In this document: in pieces, positions 28,131 to 38,559 of the stretch
Numbering within the stretch: the stretch's first letter is position 1
How the letters are laid out: each line of letters opens with the position of its first letter
Made by a program: the position numbers and the translations under genes
From: Leidyana gryllorum EB-2025a
Taxonomy: Eukaryota > Protista > Apicomplexa
DNA length: 54,642 nt
Assembly (NCBI GenBank): GCA_048772705.1
Contig: JBLWGC010000220.1
Coordinates: forward strand, 1-54,642
Direction of reading: 5' to 3'
Notes under the pieces: model-generated
Seen by the model: only the letters and a program-made list of their open reading frames with translations
What the model was told of the DNA's origin: nothing
The model's database searches: none

Positions 28131-29618
28131 CTAAACGGATGTGTTGGTCGTCATTGAAGTGGATTCGTCTCCAATTGTGGACTCGGGAGGTATTCTTCTC
28201 CCTAACTTGTCGGAAAACTCGAAGCCCGGGCCAATCTCAACCTCATCGACCCACTTTATTGATGCCCGAATGGGGTGAGGGTCAGAGTCGCCCTTAATGT
28301 CAGCGAGCATCTGGTTGAAATATTGCTGCACCGAAGCGAATGCTCTGAGGTGCACATTATGTTGAACGACGGTGACTCGCTTTGGCTCATAGTCACGACG
28401 CTTGTTTTGAGCATCGGCGTGCCCGCACAGTAGGCGGCACAGAGGTTCCCAGGCTTCAAAGGCAATGTTCGAGTGAGATAACAAGTAGGTGAGGACTGCT
28501 GCCTTTGGATTTGACGACTTGGTTGGATCTGATGGAACTCTGATCAACAATTTTCTGCTCGACTGGCGATCGTCGTTGTGGTCATTAGTCCAGTCCGTGC
28601 CTTTGATCCACCAGTTTGGACCTTTGGCACCGATCAAAACACAATTGCCTCCTGTGCCGAGCCAAGTGTCAAAATGGCGGGCTGTGGACCGAATGGTCAA
28701 GGTGGGGAGGCCATCTCCCAGATCCGGTGCATTGACTCCAGCGGCTGGGTGTGTTACCACACTGATGCGACCTTCTCTCCAACAATGCGAGGGAATCAAT
28801 TTGGCTTCGACCGCCCCTCGAATCACATATGGGAGGTACTCCTCCTCGGACTCAGGAATTGACCCCGAGACCCCGAAGATGCGCCTTTCGTGCGCAAGGG
28901 GGTGAGGGTAGAAAGGTAATGACGAGTCATAGTTAACATTCACCTCGAAACGACTTTCGAAATTAGACGAGAGCAGTTCATCCAGCCACTCTCCTGTCCC
29001 CCCCAGCGAGGGCGGGGAGCGCCAGATCTCATCCGCACCAAACTCCTCCCGAGGGAACTCTCCTCGGAAGTTGAGGTACAGAACTGCCTTCCTCGGCTCT
29101 TCAACCGTGCGAACTAAGACAGCATTGGGACCCGAGACACTGCTCATCGGATAGACTTCAATCGACGTATTCGGGATCGTCAACAGTGTCTCTTTTGCAT
29201 TCTCCGAACAAAGTCCGTTTAGAGATAACCAATTACCAATTGTCTCTTTAAATAGTGAATGACTCAAAGCGAAGTGCTGTAAAGATTCCTTTCGTCGCTC
29301 AGCCTCCTTCTCCTCGGAAATATCTCCGTCAACTTGGAATGATCCCCGGCAGGGGGGCTTCGGGCGTCTGGAAGGTCCGGGTCTCGACGTTGCCACCTCG
29401 AGCAGAGCTTCAGTCTGCACGCTCTGGCATACTGTCTGTCGAGGCGCATCCTGGACGACTGGTGGGGGGGCAGCTGGTGGCAGACTCGGCTGTGGACGAG
29501 CGGGATTCTGGATCTCGAATGTCCTCCAGACCTCCCCGCTCGCCACCAAACAAGAGACCACCTCGAGCAACCCCTCGCTCGACGGGCATCCGACCGCTGG
29601 GAATCGTGAAGGTCGCAT
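28131..29618 (-). CDS. Orphan protein, leader-family gene 8 (family B), ~495 aa
   Basis: ATG 29618 MRPSRF...VVSCLVAS; GVNAPDLGDGLPTLTIR, WLGTGGNCVLIG. Confidence 0.85.
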   Translation of the reverse strand: MRPSRFPAVGCPSSEGLLEVVSCLVASGEVWRTFEIQNPARPQPSLPPAAPPPVVQDAPRQTVCQSVQTEALLEVATSRPGPSRRPKPPCRGSFQVDGDISEEKEAERRKESLQHFALSHSLFKETIGNWLSLNGLCSENAKETLLTIPNTSIEVYPMSSVSGPNAVLVRTVEEPRKAVLYLNFRGEFPREEFGADEIWRSPPSLGGTGEWLDELLSSNFESRFEVNVNYDSSLPFYPHPLAHERRIFGVSGSIPESEEEYLPYVIRGAVEAKLIPSHCWREGRISVVTHPAAGVNAPDLGDGLPTLTIRSTARHFDTWLGTGGNCVLIGAKGPNWWIKGTDWTNDHNDDRQSSRKLLIRVPSDPTKSSNPKAAVLTYLLSHSNIAFEAWEPLCRLLCGHADAQNKRRDYEPKRVTVVQHNVHLRAFASVQQYFNQMLADIKGDSDPHPIRASIKWVDEVEIGPGFEFSDKLGRRIPPESTIGDESTSMTTNTSV

Positions 29619-30747
29619 AGTCCAAAAAAACAAATCTGGTCGTCCTGCAACCGACAGCGAATCGGTTACAATAAACAGCCCTCGCTTGAAATCGAACCGG
29701 CATATGCAACGGACCAGAGGCTTGGGCCGACACAATTTGGCTGCAGCTCCCAGTCAGACCCTCTATGCACGTAGTCGATCCGCTTGGGTCCCCGAGTGAA
29801 TTCCTTGTGACTCGAATTGTACCGTTCCTGAACCTCTCCCAGTCAGTCGCACAGGAGGCTCCGCTAATCTCAGTTTTATTGATCTGACCTGTGTCGCTGA
29901 CAACAGCCACCTTTTGCCGATCCATGCCGCTTCTGTGAGCTCCCATAGCGGTAGGAACCCCAGAAGTTGGGTCCAGTTGCCCTCATTCAGCATTGATAAG
30001 CACCTGAGGACCGGAAAGCTTGTCTGCACACACTCATGTGCGACCTGGAGCGATAGTCCGGGCAATGTTGTGCAGTGATGCCGGAGGGGATGTTGTCGGG
30101 ATTTCCCGGTGTAAACTTGAAAACGAGCACTTTACCGACCGAGACACGCCGCACAGAGATGCTGACCACTTCGTGCTCGATATATGCAACGATACAAACA
30201 CGTTTGCTTAGCGAATGGCTTTTCAATTCAGATCGCAGCGCCGCACACTGTATAGCAAACGATACCGACAGTCCGCATGTAAGTCCTGAGGATGTCCACA
30301 ACGATTGAGCAGAGCCATGGAGTGCCGTACTTGGTGTACAAGACAGTTTGGGACCCTTCAGCAACCGCTTCCATCATTGTAGGTAGTGAGAGATCCCACG
30401 GGTTCACAGTCGGCTGCTCTGCACCCTGTTCGGGAAGTCTTATGGGGTGTTCATTTTACGACATTCGACGTTGGCGTACTCTTTCTTATCTGACGTTAGG
30501 GCTCACAAGAATTGTCTTTCAGTCTGTGTGAAGTAGTGAGCGGAGGAAGTCGTTAGATTGAAAAAAAGCCCTTCAAAAAGAGATACTAAAAGCGCTAAGT
30601 GAGATCGCGACAGCTCTTCCCAAATTGACTCGAAGAACAAACTTCGAGAGTGAGAAAGAGGATAACATCTAACTAAAAATGCTTCAGAGATCATATCCAT
30701 AATTCGAAATCAATCGTGCGGACACTCGCATAGTGGAGGGGTACTCC

Positions 30748-32922
30748 TCAGATGTCGGCATTGGCGCGTTCACCGACCGATTGTTTAACCAAATGACACA
30801 CAAACCCTCCGTTATCAGAGGTTATCAGTTCAATAGTATCCCCTTTGCATAGAACAGACGATTGTATGGTGTAGGCCTCTGGGTGCTCTACGCCCTGCGC
30901 GTCACTGACAATAGTAGCGTAATAGAGGGTATCCTCCTCGAGGAAGTCCAGATCGAGGCGAACGGCTCGTGGGCCGCTGGTCGATGAGATGCCGCCGATG
31001 AACCAGTCTCCAGAGACAGGAGTCTGGCGCGCGACAGTCACGAATCGGCCAATCTCGGCTTCCAGATACATAGTTTGGGACCACGTAGTGGGCAAAGCCG
31101 ACACCATAGCGAGAAGCGGGAGATGAGACATGAGGTGGTCGGGGGTATCGGCTATCAGTTGGTTGGGAGCGTAGAGGACGACCAGCAGAGCGATCTGTTT
31201 GGCGAGAGTCCCCGCGGCGTGGTGTTCGGAGAAGTAGTTTTGGCGGTTCACGATGCCCGCACCGTACTCAATGGGGGAACCGATGAGGTGGTTCCAGGGC
31301 AGTACAGTGGCGTGTGAGGGAGACAGGTTGACACGGGCGTGTGCGTTGGTGCGCCCAACAGTTGCCGAGAACAAATTGGGGTATTTTCTCGCCAAACCGG
31401 TCGGCTTGAGACCTCCGTGGATGGAGATCGAAAGTTTGTTGCGGAGAGCTTCTTCAATCACAGAGACGTAGTGCGCATTAACACTCTGACTGGTGTGATG
31501 CGGGTCACTCGAACGGGCAGCAGGTCCGTGATAGCCAACTTTAAGGGCAGAGTAGTCGTTGAGGTCCGCGGTTTGTTTGAAAGCTTCAGGGGCTTTGAGC
31601 TCATAATCGCTTATGGCCCCTCCGACTTGATGATGTTTGATGAGCGTCACATTAGCGGCCGAGGCGGCTCGGGTTATTTCGGTCTCGTCGACATCGGGGT
31701 AACTCTTGACAAAGTCAAAGATTATTTGGTCGGGGTTAGTGTTTCCAGCCACCCAGTTCTCCCATCCCTCATTCCAACCTTCAAAGGACACGGCGTCGAA
31801 TCCACGAGTGGCAGCGAAATCGATATAGTTAACTACCCGCTCAGTGGTGGCACCATGACGGTGATTGGGAGTCAACTGAGAGTAGTCAGTGACCCCGATT
31901 TCGACAGTATCGACTTCATCGGTGTAATGCCAAGTCTTCTCTCCCGTGACCAATTCCCACCAGATACCCAGAGACTTGACGGGTTTGATCCAAGTAGTGT
32001 CGGAGACCACCGATTCCTGGTTCAGATTGTAAATCATATAACTAGTCAACATTTCAGCGGGGTTGCGAGTCACCATGATACTTCGCCACGGCGTACTCAT
32101 CGGGCCACTCAGAAGTCCACAGCTGCCGGTTCCATCAGCGCTGTCTGGAGTCAGGTGGGCCTTGAAAGACTTAGCCTCTGCATCATACTTCAAGTTCATA
32201 GACGGGAAAACGTCCCCTCCGGCCTCGTGGATGTTAATGTAGACACCTTCTTGGGTCAACAGAGTGATCGGTGTTTGGACAGTCGAGTCGCCCACCGGAC
32301 GGCCACCCTCAAGTGTGGCGTCCCCAGTGATAGCAGTATCTATCAGAGTAGAAATCTCACTCAACTTGGACTCGACAAAGTTGTAGTCCTGGGCGTCATA
32401 GTCAGCCGGAGCCCACCATGCGCGATGGTCGCCGAGTACTTTGAATTCGCTCCGATCAGCCAGGAGCGGTGCATCGAGCAGTGCCTCTTGCTCGGGAAAG
32501 TCCATGTTGAAAGCAACGCCAATATCATACACTCGCAAATTTATCATCGCTTGGCGACGCACGGGTCGACTCTGAGTCGCTCGCAGCGTCAACTGGTTGT
32601 AGTGATCTTTGACCACACTCTGGTCACCCCATACTGGGCTCCACTCTTCACGGGGCATCGTGTAGAAGGGCATAATACCCGACATGGCCCAATTGTCAAA
32701 CATCGAACTCTCAGGGTAGTCCCCATTCGCCAACTCGAACCCAATACGACTGAAAGGGATCACAATCTCCGATCCCAACTTGACTTGATAGCTGATCACT
32801 CCATCGTCATCAATCTTCAACGTTCCAGTAACATTTTCGTTGGGAGAACTCATATCGAAAACCACCTCACTCTGGGCAATACCCAAAGAGATCAAACATA
32901 TCAAAGAATGCATTCTGTTCAT
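30748..32922 (-). CDS. Secreted glycoside hydrolase family 97 (SusB-like) protein, ~724 aa, probably catalytically inactive
   Basis: Signal peptide MNRMHSLICLISLGIAQS from ATG 32922. GH97 motifs WIKPVKSLGIWW, YIDFAATRGFDAVSFEGWNEGW, FDFVKSYPD, KPTGLARKYPN, TLAKQIAL, WFIGGI. Intronless. Confidence 0.9.
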   Translation of the reverse strand: MNRMHSLICLISLGIAQSEVVFDMSSPNENVTGTLKIDDDGVISYQVKLGSEIVIPFSRIGFELANGDYPESSMFDNWAMSGIMPFYTMPREEWSPVWGDQSVVKDHYNQLTLRATQSRPVRRQAMINLRVYDIGVAFNMDFPEQEALLDAPLLADRSEFKVLGDHRAWWAPADYDAQDYNFVESKLSEISTLIDTAITGDATLEGGRPVGDSTVQTPITLLTQEGVYINIHEAGGDVFPSMNLKYDAEAKSFKAHLTPDSADGTGSCGLLSGPMSTPWRSIMVTRNPAEMLTSYMIYNLNQESVVSDTTWIKPVKSLGIWWELVTGEKTWHYTDEVDTVEIGVTDYSQLTPNHRHGATTERVVNYIDFAATRGFDAVSFEGWNEGWENWVAGNTNPDQIIFDFVKSYPDVDETEITRAASAANVTLIKHHQVGGAISDYELKAPEAFKQTADLNDYSALKVGYHGPAARSSDPHHTSQSVNAHYVSVIEEALRNKLSISIHGGLKPTGLARKYPNLFSATVGRTNAHARVNLSPSHATVLPWNHLIGSPIEYGAGIVNRQNYFSEHHAAGTLAKQIALLVVLYAPNQLIADTPDHLMSHLPLLAMVSALPTTWSQTMYLEAEIGRFVTVARQTPVSGDWFIGGISSTSGPRAVRLDLDFLEEDTLYYATIVSDAQGVEHPEAYTIQSSVLCKGDTIELITSDNGGFVCHLVKQSVGERANADI

Positions 32923-33166
32923 CGATTGAAACAAAGTACCCAAAAAGACTCCAACCACACAATCAATATTCACAGAGCTTATCCCCACCTGTCCCAACTC
33001 CTGACACACTCCAGGAGACATACACACACACCGATCTGCGTCGCTACACTGAGGCGTGGAAGAATTTGAAGCGGAGAGTGCGCGAGAGTGCTCACTATTT
33101 GCTGCTGAAGTGAAACTTTGTTATAGACTTTGTGGAGTGGGATTTTAGCTCGAAGGACGACACATC

Positions 33167-33322
33167 ATGGGATTGATCAAACGAGTTTTGGGACCCAAGC
33201 CGAAACATGGACATGGGCCCCCTCCTGCTCACGGTGGTCCAGGTCCTCATCATGGAGGGCCTGGCGGGCCGGGTGGACATGCCGGAGGACCGGGAGGTCC
33301 TGGAGGACCTCCTCGTCGTTAG
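33167..33322 (+). CDS. Gly/Pro/His-rich micropeptide, 51 aa (MGLIKRVLGPKPKHGHGPPPAHGGPGPHHGGPGGPGGHAGGPGGPGGPPRR)
   Basis: ATG 33167, TAG 33320-33322. Strong GGN/CCN codon periodicity with varying third positions; same GPGGPGGP-x-RR-stop ending as the ORFs at 1038 and 1636. Confidence 0.65.
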   Translation: MGLIKRVLGPKPKHGHGPPPAHGGPGPHHGGPGGPGGHAGGPGGPGGPPRR

Positions 33323-33675
33323 ATTGTTGCGAGTTGACACTTTTTGTTGGTTAATTGATCGTACATTTGCTCATTTGAACACAAGTTTTTGGCGCGAACG
33401 AGATAAGTGATATCGAACTTCGTGCCCTGACGGGATGTCTCATTATTTCGTCAGCAGTCAGTCAGCCCGCTGCCACCAACTTTCCTCAACAATCCGTGAA
33501 TGAGTGGCTGAGTGCAGAGAGAGAAGGCAAAGAGAGTGTGGAAGCAGAGCAGGCAGAAATGATTTCCCGTGTATATATATTCAGTGTGGTTCGATCGGTT
33601 CACTACTATTCAAGAGAAGAAAATCATTGGTTTGAAACTAATGGACAACAGGATCCTTTAAACCTTCAAATGAGC

Positions 33676-34899
33676 TCAAGCGATGTCGATGACTGCGGAC
33701 TCAACTTCACCACCAATGTACACCTTGACACCGTGGTTGCAAGGATCCGGGCACGGGACGCAAGGCGGGCACGGGTCAGTGCCAGGAGGGCAGGTAGGGC
33801 ACTCCACAGCCTCAGTGCTGCCCACCGGAGTCACAGTAGGAGCCTCAGGAGTTGTAGTCGTAGTGGGCTGAGGAGTGGTAGTGGTAGTGGTAGTGGGCTC
33901 CGGGGTGGTCGTACTAGTAGTCGTGGTGGTTGTGGTGGTTGTGGTAGTGGTCGCCTCGGTAGTGGTGGTGGTGGTGGTAGTAGGCTCAGTGGTGGTGGTC
34001 GGAGCCTGAGTGACCGGAGGCGGCAGAGAGGGGAATGGAGTGGGAGTGGTCGGGGAAGCGGTAGTGCTCGGACAGGCGTACTCGGTTACGGCAGCCAAAG
34101 CCCTGAGGACACCATCGAGCAGATCGCTGGAGTCTTCAGAGATGAATTGGTAGAAACCAGCGGGTTGGCCGAGGAACTGCTCGTTGACCCACTTCCATCC
34201 AGCGACAATCTCGGGATCTTCGGGAGTGAGGATGACGAGATAGAACTTGGCCGTCTCCACGGCGGTCTTCATCTGGTCGAGAGTCGGATAGTCCTGGAAG
34301 AGGCACTCATAGTCGACATCGCCGGTGGAAATGACACCACTGTTGGGTCCGAGGTTGCGCGGGAGATCAGGGAAGAGGGCAGCAGGATAGTGGTCGATGT
34401 CGCCGGGGAGATGGGGGAGGGCATCAGTGGACATGATGACAAGACGAGCGCCGGCTTCGCCCTCTTCGGCGCGGCTGTTGGTGGAGGCGAGCTTCCTCCA
34501 GCCGACGGCGGGGTCGTAGGCGAGGTTGATGAGGGCCTGGTACTGGGCCTCGGGGAGGTCACCACCACCAGAAGCGTACAAGAGGCTGTAGGCCCACTGG
34601 AAGTCGCTCATGTCACCACTGAGTTTGCCGTCTCCGAGTTTGTAGCAGAAATCGGAGGTCTCGCCGAGAGGGTAGTAAGGCTTATCCTTGAACTCGGCGA
34701 CTCCGAACCAGGAGTTGGGGTGCATCTCGAGGATGGTGTCGACCATATCGGGGATCTGAGCCTCAACGTTGGGGAGATCATCATCGAAAGAGCCGGTTGT
34801 ATCCTGTAGGAACATGACATCCAAAGGCAAGTAGCACTCCTCGTCCGCCTTGACGGAGAAGACGGCACCGAGAAGAGTGAAGCCAGTGGAGAACTTCAT
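33676..34899 (-). CDS. Secreted vWA (integrin beta I-like) domain protein with Thr/Pro mucin stalk and Cys/Pro tail, 407 aa
   Basis: Signal peptide MKFSTGFTLLGAVFSVKA; MIDAS-type LQDTTGS; FKDKP, SGGGDLPE, VGWR, STDA, DYPTLDQ motifs; poly-Thr stalk at ~33840-34070; strongly C-ending codons. Confidence 0.88.
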   Translation of the reverse strand: MKFSTGFTLLGAVFSVKADEECYLPLDVMFLQDTTGSFDDDLPNVEAQIPDMVDTILEMHPNSWFGVAEFKDKPYYPLGETSDFCYKLGDGKLSGDMSDFQWAYSLLYASGGGDLPEAQYQALINLAYDPAVGWRKLASTNSRAEEGEAGARLVIMSTDALPHLPGDIDHYPAALFPDLPRNLGPNSGVISTGDVDYECLFQDYPTLDQMKTAVETAKFYLVILTPEDPEIVAGWKWVNEQFLGQPAGFYQFISEDSSDLLDGVLRALAAVTEYACPSTTASPTTPTPFPSLPPPVTQAPTTTTEPTTTTTTTTEATTTTTTTTTTTTSTTTPEPTTTTTTTPQPTTTTTPEAPTVTPVGSTEAVECPTCPPGTDPCPPCVPCPDPCNHGVKVYIGGEVESAVIDIA

Positions 34900-35199
34900 T
34901 GTACTTGAAAGACGACTTGAAAGAAGAAGTAGTGGAAGTAGATGAAGAAGAATGAGAGAAGATGAGTTGCTGCTGTTGTGATCTATTGAACGAGGGGGGG
35001 GATGGGAGACGCCGTCTCTGTCTCAAGTCGCACACAAATGCAGCAGAGTCGCACACAGGGGTGGTGGTTTGGAGATGGAGGACGACATTTTGGTGGTTGG
35101 TGAAATGGATTGTGGTGGGTGTGTTGTAAATAATTGAATGGATTGAGATGTAAGACGAGTTATAAAGGCCCCCCCTGTTTTGTTTGAGCGAAAACTGAT

Positions 35200-35646
35200 C
35201 TAGTTGTGGTTGACATCGGCTGGCGTCTTATCTGGAATGGTTTGTCTTGACCTTGACGAGAGTAGGAAGCGGTTGGGTCTGCGTACTTCCATTCCAGTGG
35301 TCACAGTGTAGCCAGCCGTTCGTTCGACTCGGAAGGGATGGACGTGAGGCGTATCGAACTGTGTAGAATCTCGTCGGCTTCTTGGTAGTACCGGACACGA
35401 CGACTTGCGTGAGTAGGAAGAGGCGGGGGACGACGCGCTGCCACCGTTGCTCGAATGATCGGGATTGGGATGTTTGCTGTGATCTCTTCGGCGAGGGGGG
35501 TGAGAAGTCATTGCGCGCTCCTTGGGCGGCGGTAGAGGCACATGGGATCCTCCAATAGAGCACCTCCTTCTAGAAACTTGAGGGCATTGAGGCAGAGGGG
35601 GGGGATGATTCTGTTGATGCTGAAGTATTATAGACCGTTCACTCAT
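35200..35646 (-). CDS. Hypothetical Pro/Ser/Arg-rich protein, 148 aa
   Basis: ATG ORF filling the gap directly downstream of ADH3; no recognisable domain. Confidence 0.3.
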   Translation of the reverse strand: MSERSIILQHQQNHPPPLPQCPQVSRRRCSIGGSHVPLPPPKERAMTSHPPRRRDHSKHPNPDHSSNGGSASSPASSYSRKSSCPVLPRSRRDSTQFDTPHVHPFRVERTAGYTVTTGMEVRRPNRFLLSSRSRQTIPDKTPADVNHN

Positions 35647-35671
35647 TTTTGTTGGGCATAAGATATATCTA

Positions 35672-36796
<1,125 letters not shown>

Positions 36797-36824
36797 TCAA
36801 TTTTTACGAATTTGTGTGGGTGCA

Positions 36825-37346
36825 ATGAGTACAGTCCGCGTCACTGTGAGTCTGAACTGTATTTTTATTTGCCCATAATCTGCTGTCTCGCGCAGGTCAT
36901 CACATCGTTCGGCTGCATATGCTGCGGGTGCTGTCAATGTCAAATATGCGGTAAAGGTGAGCAGTCTGCACACATCGATCCACACCCAGATCTCTCTGGC
37001 AGGTCGCAAGTATCAGGTTTCACTCCGCAACACCGACCTGGTGGAACTAATCTGGGAAGGAATGATTGAGCAGAACCCCCAAATACGGGACCGTGAAGTC
37101 AAACCCGACTTATATTTCGGCAAAGAAAAGCTCGAATTCGACAGAAGAGTCATCAACTATGACATGAAAGATGGCTCCGAGATACTATGTAATATGCCAC
37201 CCAAACTATGCTGTGTTTCGGAGTTCCGCAAAGCCCCCAAGAAGGTCAAGAAAGACGCAGCGGAGAATCTCACCCCCACCGCACAGAAGGTCATGGATGA
37301 TCCCGCTGCGACAGGAGACAACGACGACGAAGAAGAGCAAGTTTAG
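36825..37346 (+). CDS. Small ubiquitin-like-fold protein (5' exon structure uncertain)
   Basis: LYFGKEKLEFDRRVINYDMKDGSEI resembles the Ubl LxFxGKxLxDxxTLxxYxIxxGS pattern. ATG 36825 MSTVRVT with a gtgagt donor at 36846; acceptor at 36989. Confidence 0.5.
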
Positions 37347-37393
37347 GAGAGGTACTTTTTTTATTTACACATTCATTGTATCATTCATCTATC

Positions 37394-38442
37394 ATGTCTA
37401 CTGAGAAGAACATTCAGGTTGGGTTCCTCGGCGGCTCCGGCCTCCAAGCCTTGGGCTCTTCAACTGAAAATGAGAACAAAGAAAATGTCCCCGCATCTAT
37501 CACTCCCAAATTCGATCACTTCCCCTGGGGAAACCCCTCCTCCCTCCCCGTCACCAAGACATTGGCTGGCCGCAAGGCCGTCTTCATCAACCGACATGGC
37601 CCCGGACATCACATCCCTCCCCATCAAGTCGACTACAGGTCAGTTTCCCCAGTCGTGTGTGTTGTGTGGCGGTGTCTCCGTCTTCCCGCCTTGTGCAAGA
37701 CGTGTGTCGTTCACGCCTCACCCAGCGTTGATATCACCTTCATTTAATGTGCAGAGCCAACATTGCTGCCTTGAAGCAAGCCGGTGTGACTGACATTGTT
37801 GCTTTCTGCGCTGTGGGTTCTCTAACTTATGATTACATGCCCGGCACTTTTGTTATGGTCGACCAATACATTGACCGGACCAAGAATCGCATCAACACCT
37901 TCTTTGAAGATCATGGGGTTGTAGCCCACGTGTCACTCGCTGATCCGACTTGCAAACGATTGACAGAGACGATCAAGAAGGCGGCTGCCGAAGTGCCAGA
38001 TCTGGTTATGAAGACTGGCGGTGTGGTGGTGTGCATCGATGGTCCTCAATTCAGCACTCGAGCTGAGGCTAGCGCCTACATTAAGGCTGGCGCTAACATT
38101 GTTGGAATGACAACATTGAGCGAGGCGCGCTTGGCCCGCGAGGCTGGAATGTGTTTTGCGAACGTTGCCATGATTACCGATCTGGATTGTTTCGACCCAG
38201 ACCGTCCTCATGTGACATCTGATGAAGTTGTTGGAACCATGCACAAGAATGGAAATTTCGCTGCCAAGCTAACCGAGGCAGTCATGCGAACTTACGTGGA
38301 GAAAAACCGACCAAACTGCCCGAATGGTTGTGACACCGCAATCAAGACGGCTGTTTGCACGATGGGTCAACTAACTGACGAGAAGAACGCCTTGGCAAAG
38401 TACCGCATTCTCGATGCGGAAGTTTTCGCCGAGAAGAAATGA
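37394..38442 (+). CDS. MTAP: S-methyl-5'-thioadenosine phosphorylase (intron 37639-37754)
   Basis: GFLGGSG, RHGPGHHIPPHQVDYR|ANIAALK, AVGSL, DQYIDRT, GPQFSTRAE, VGMT, ITDLD; the splice restores the frame. Confidence 0.93.
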
Positions 38443-38559
38443 TTTTCGTGTATGATCGCACATGTGTGTGTGTGCTAGTGGCCGAGTGGTGGGGTGGTTC
38501 GGCACCACACGGTGAAATTGAGTTATTTATGAACAAGTGACCGACACCATTTTTTGTCT

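Noticed and set aside
29740-30740. Short overlapping ORFs between gene 8 and GH97
   Set aside because: No supportable gene; left unexplained.
31339-33069. 576-aa plus-strand ORF
   Set aside because: Antisense shadow of the GH97 gene; no independent motifs.
33496-34809. 437-aa Gly/Ser/Arg-rich plus-strand ORF
   Set aside because: Antisense shadow of the codon-biased vWA/mucin gene.
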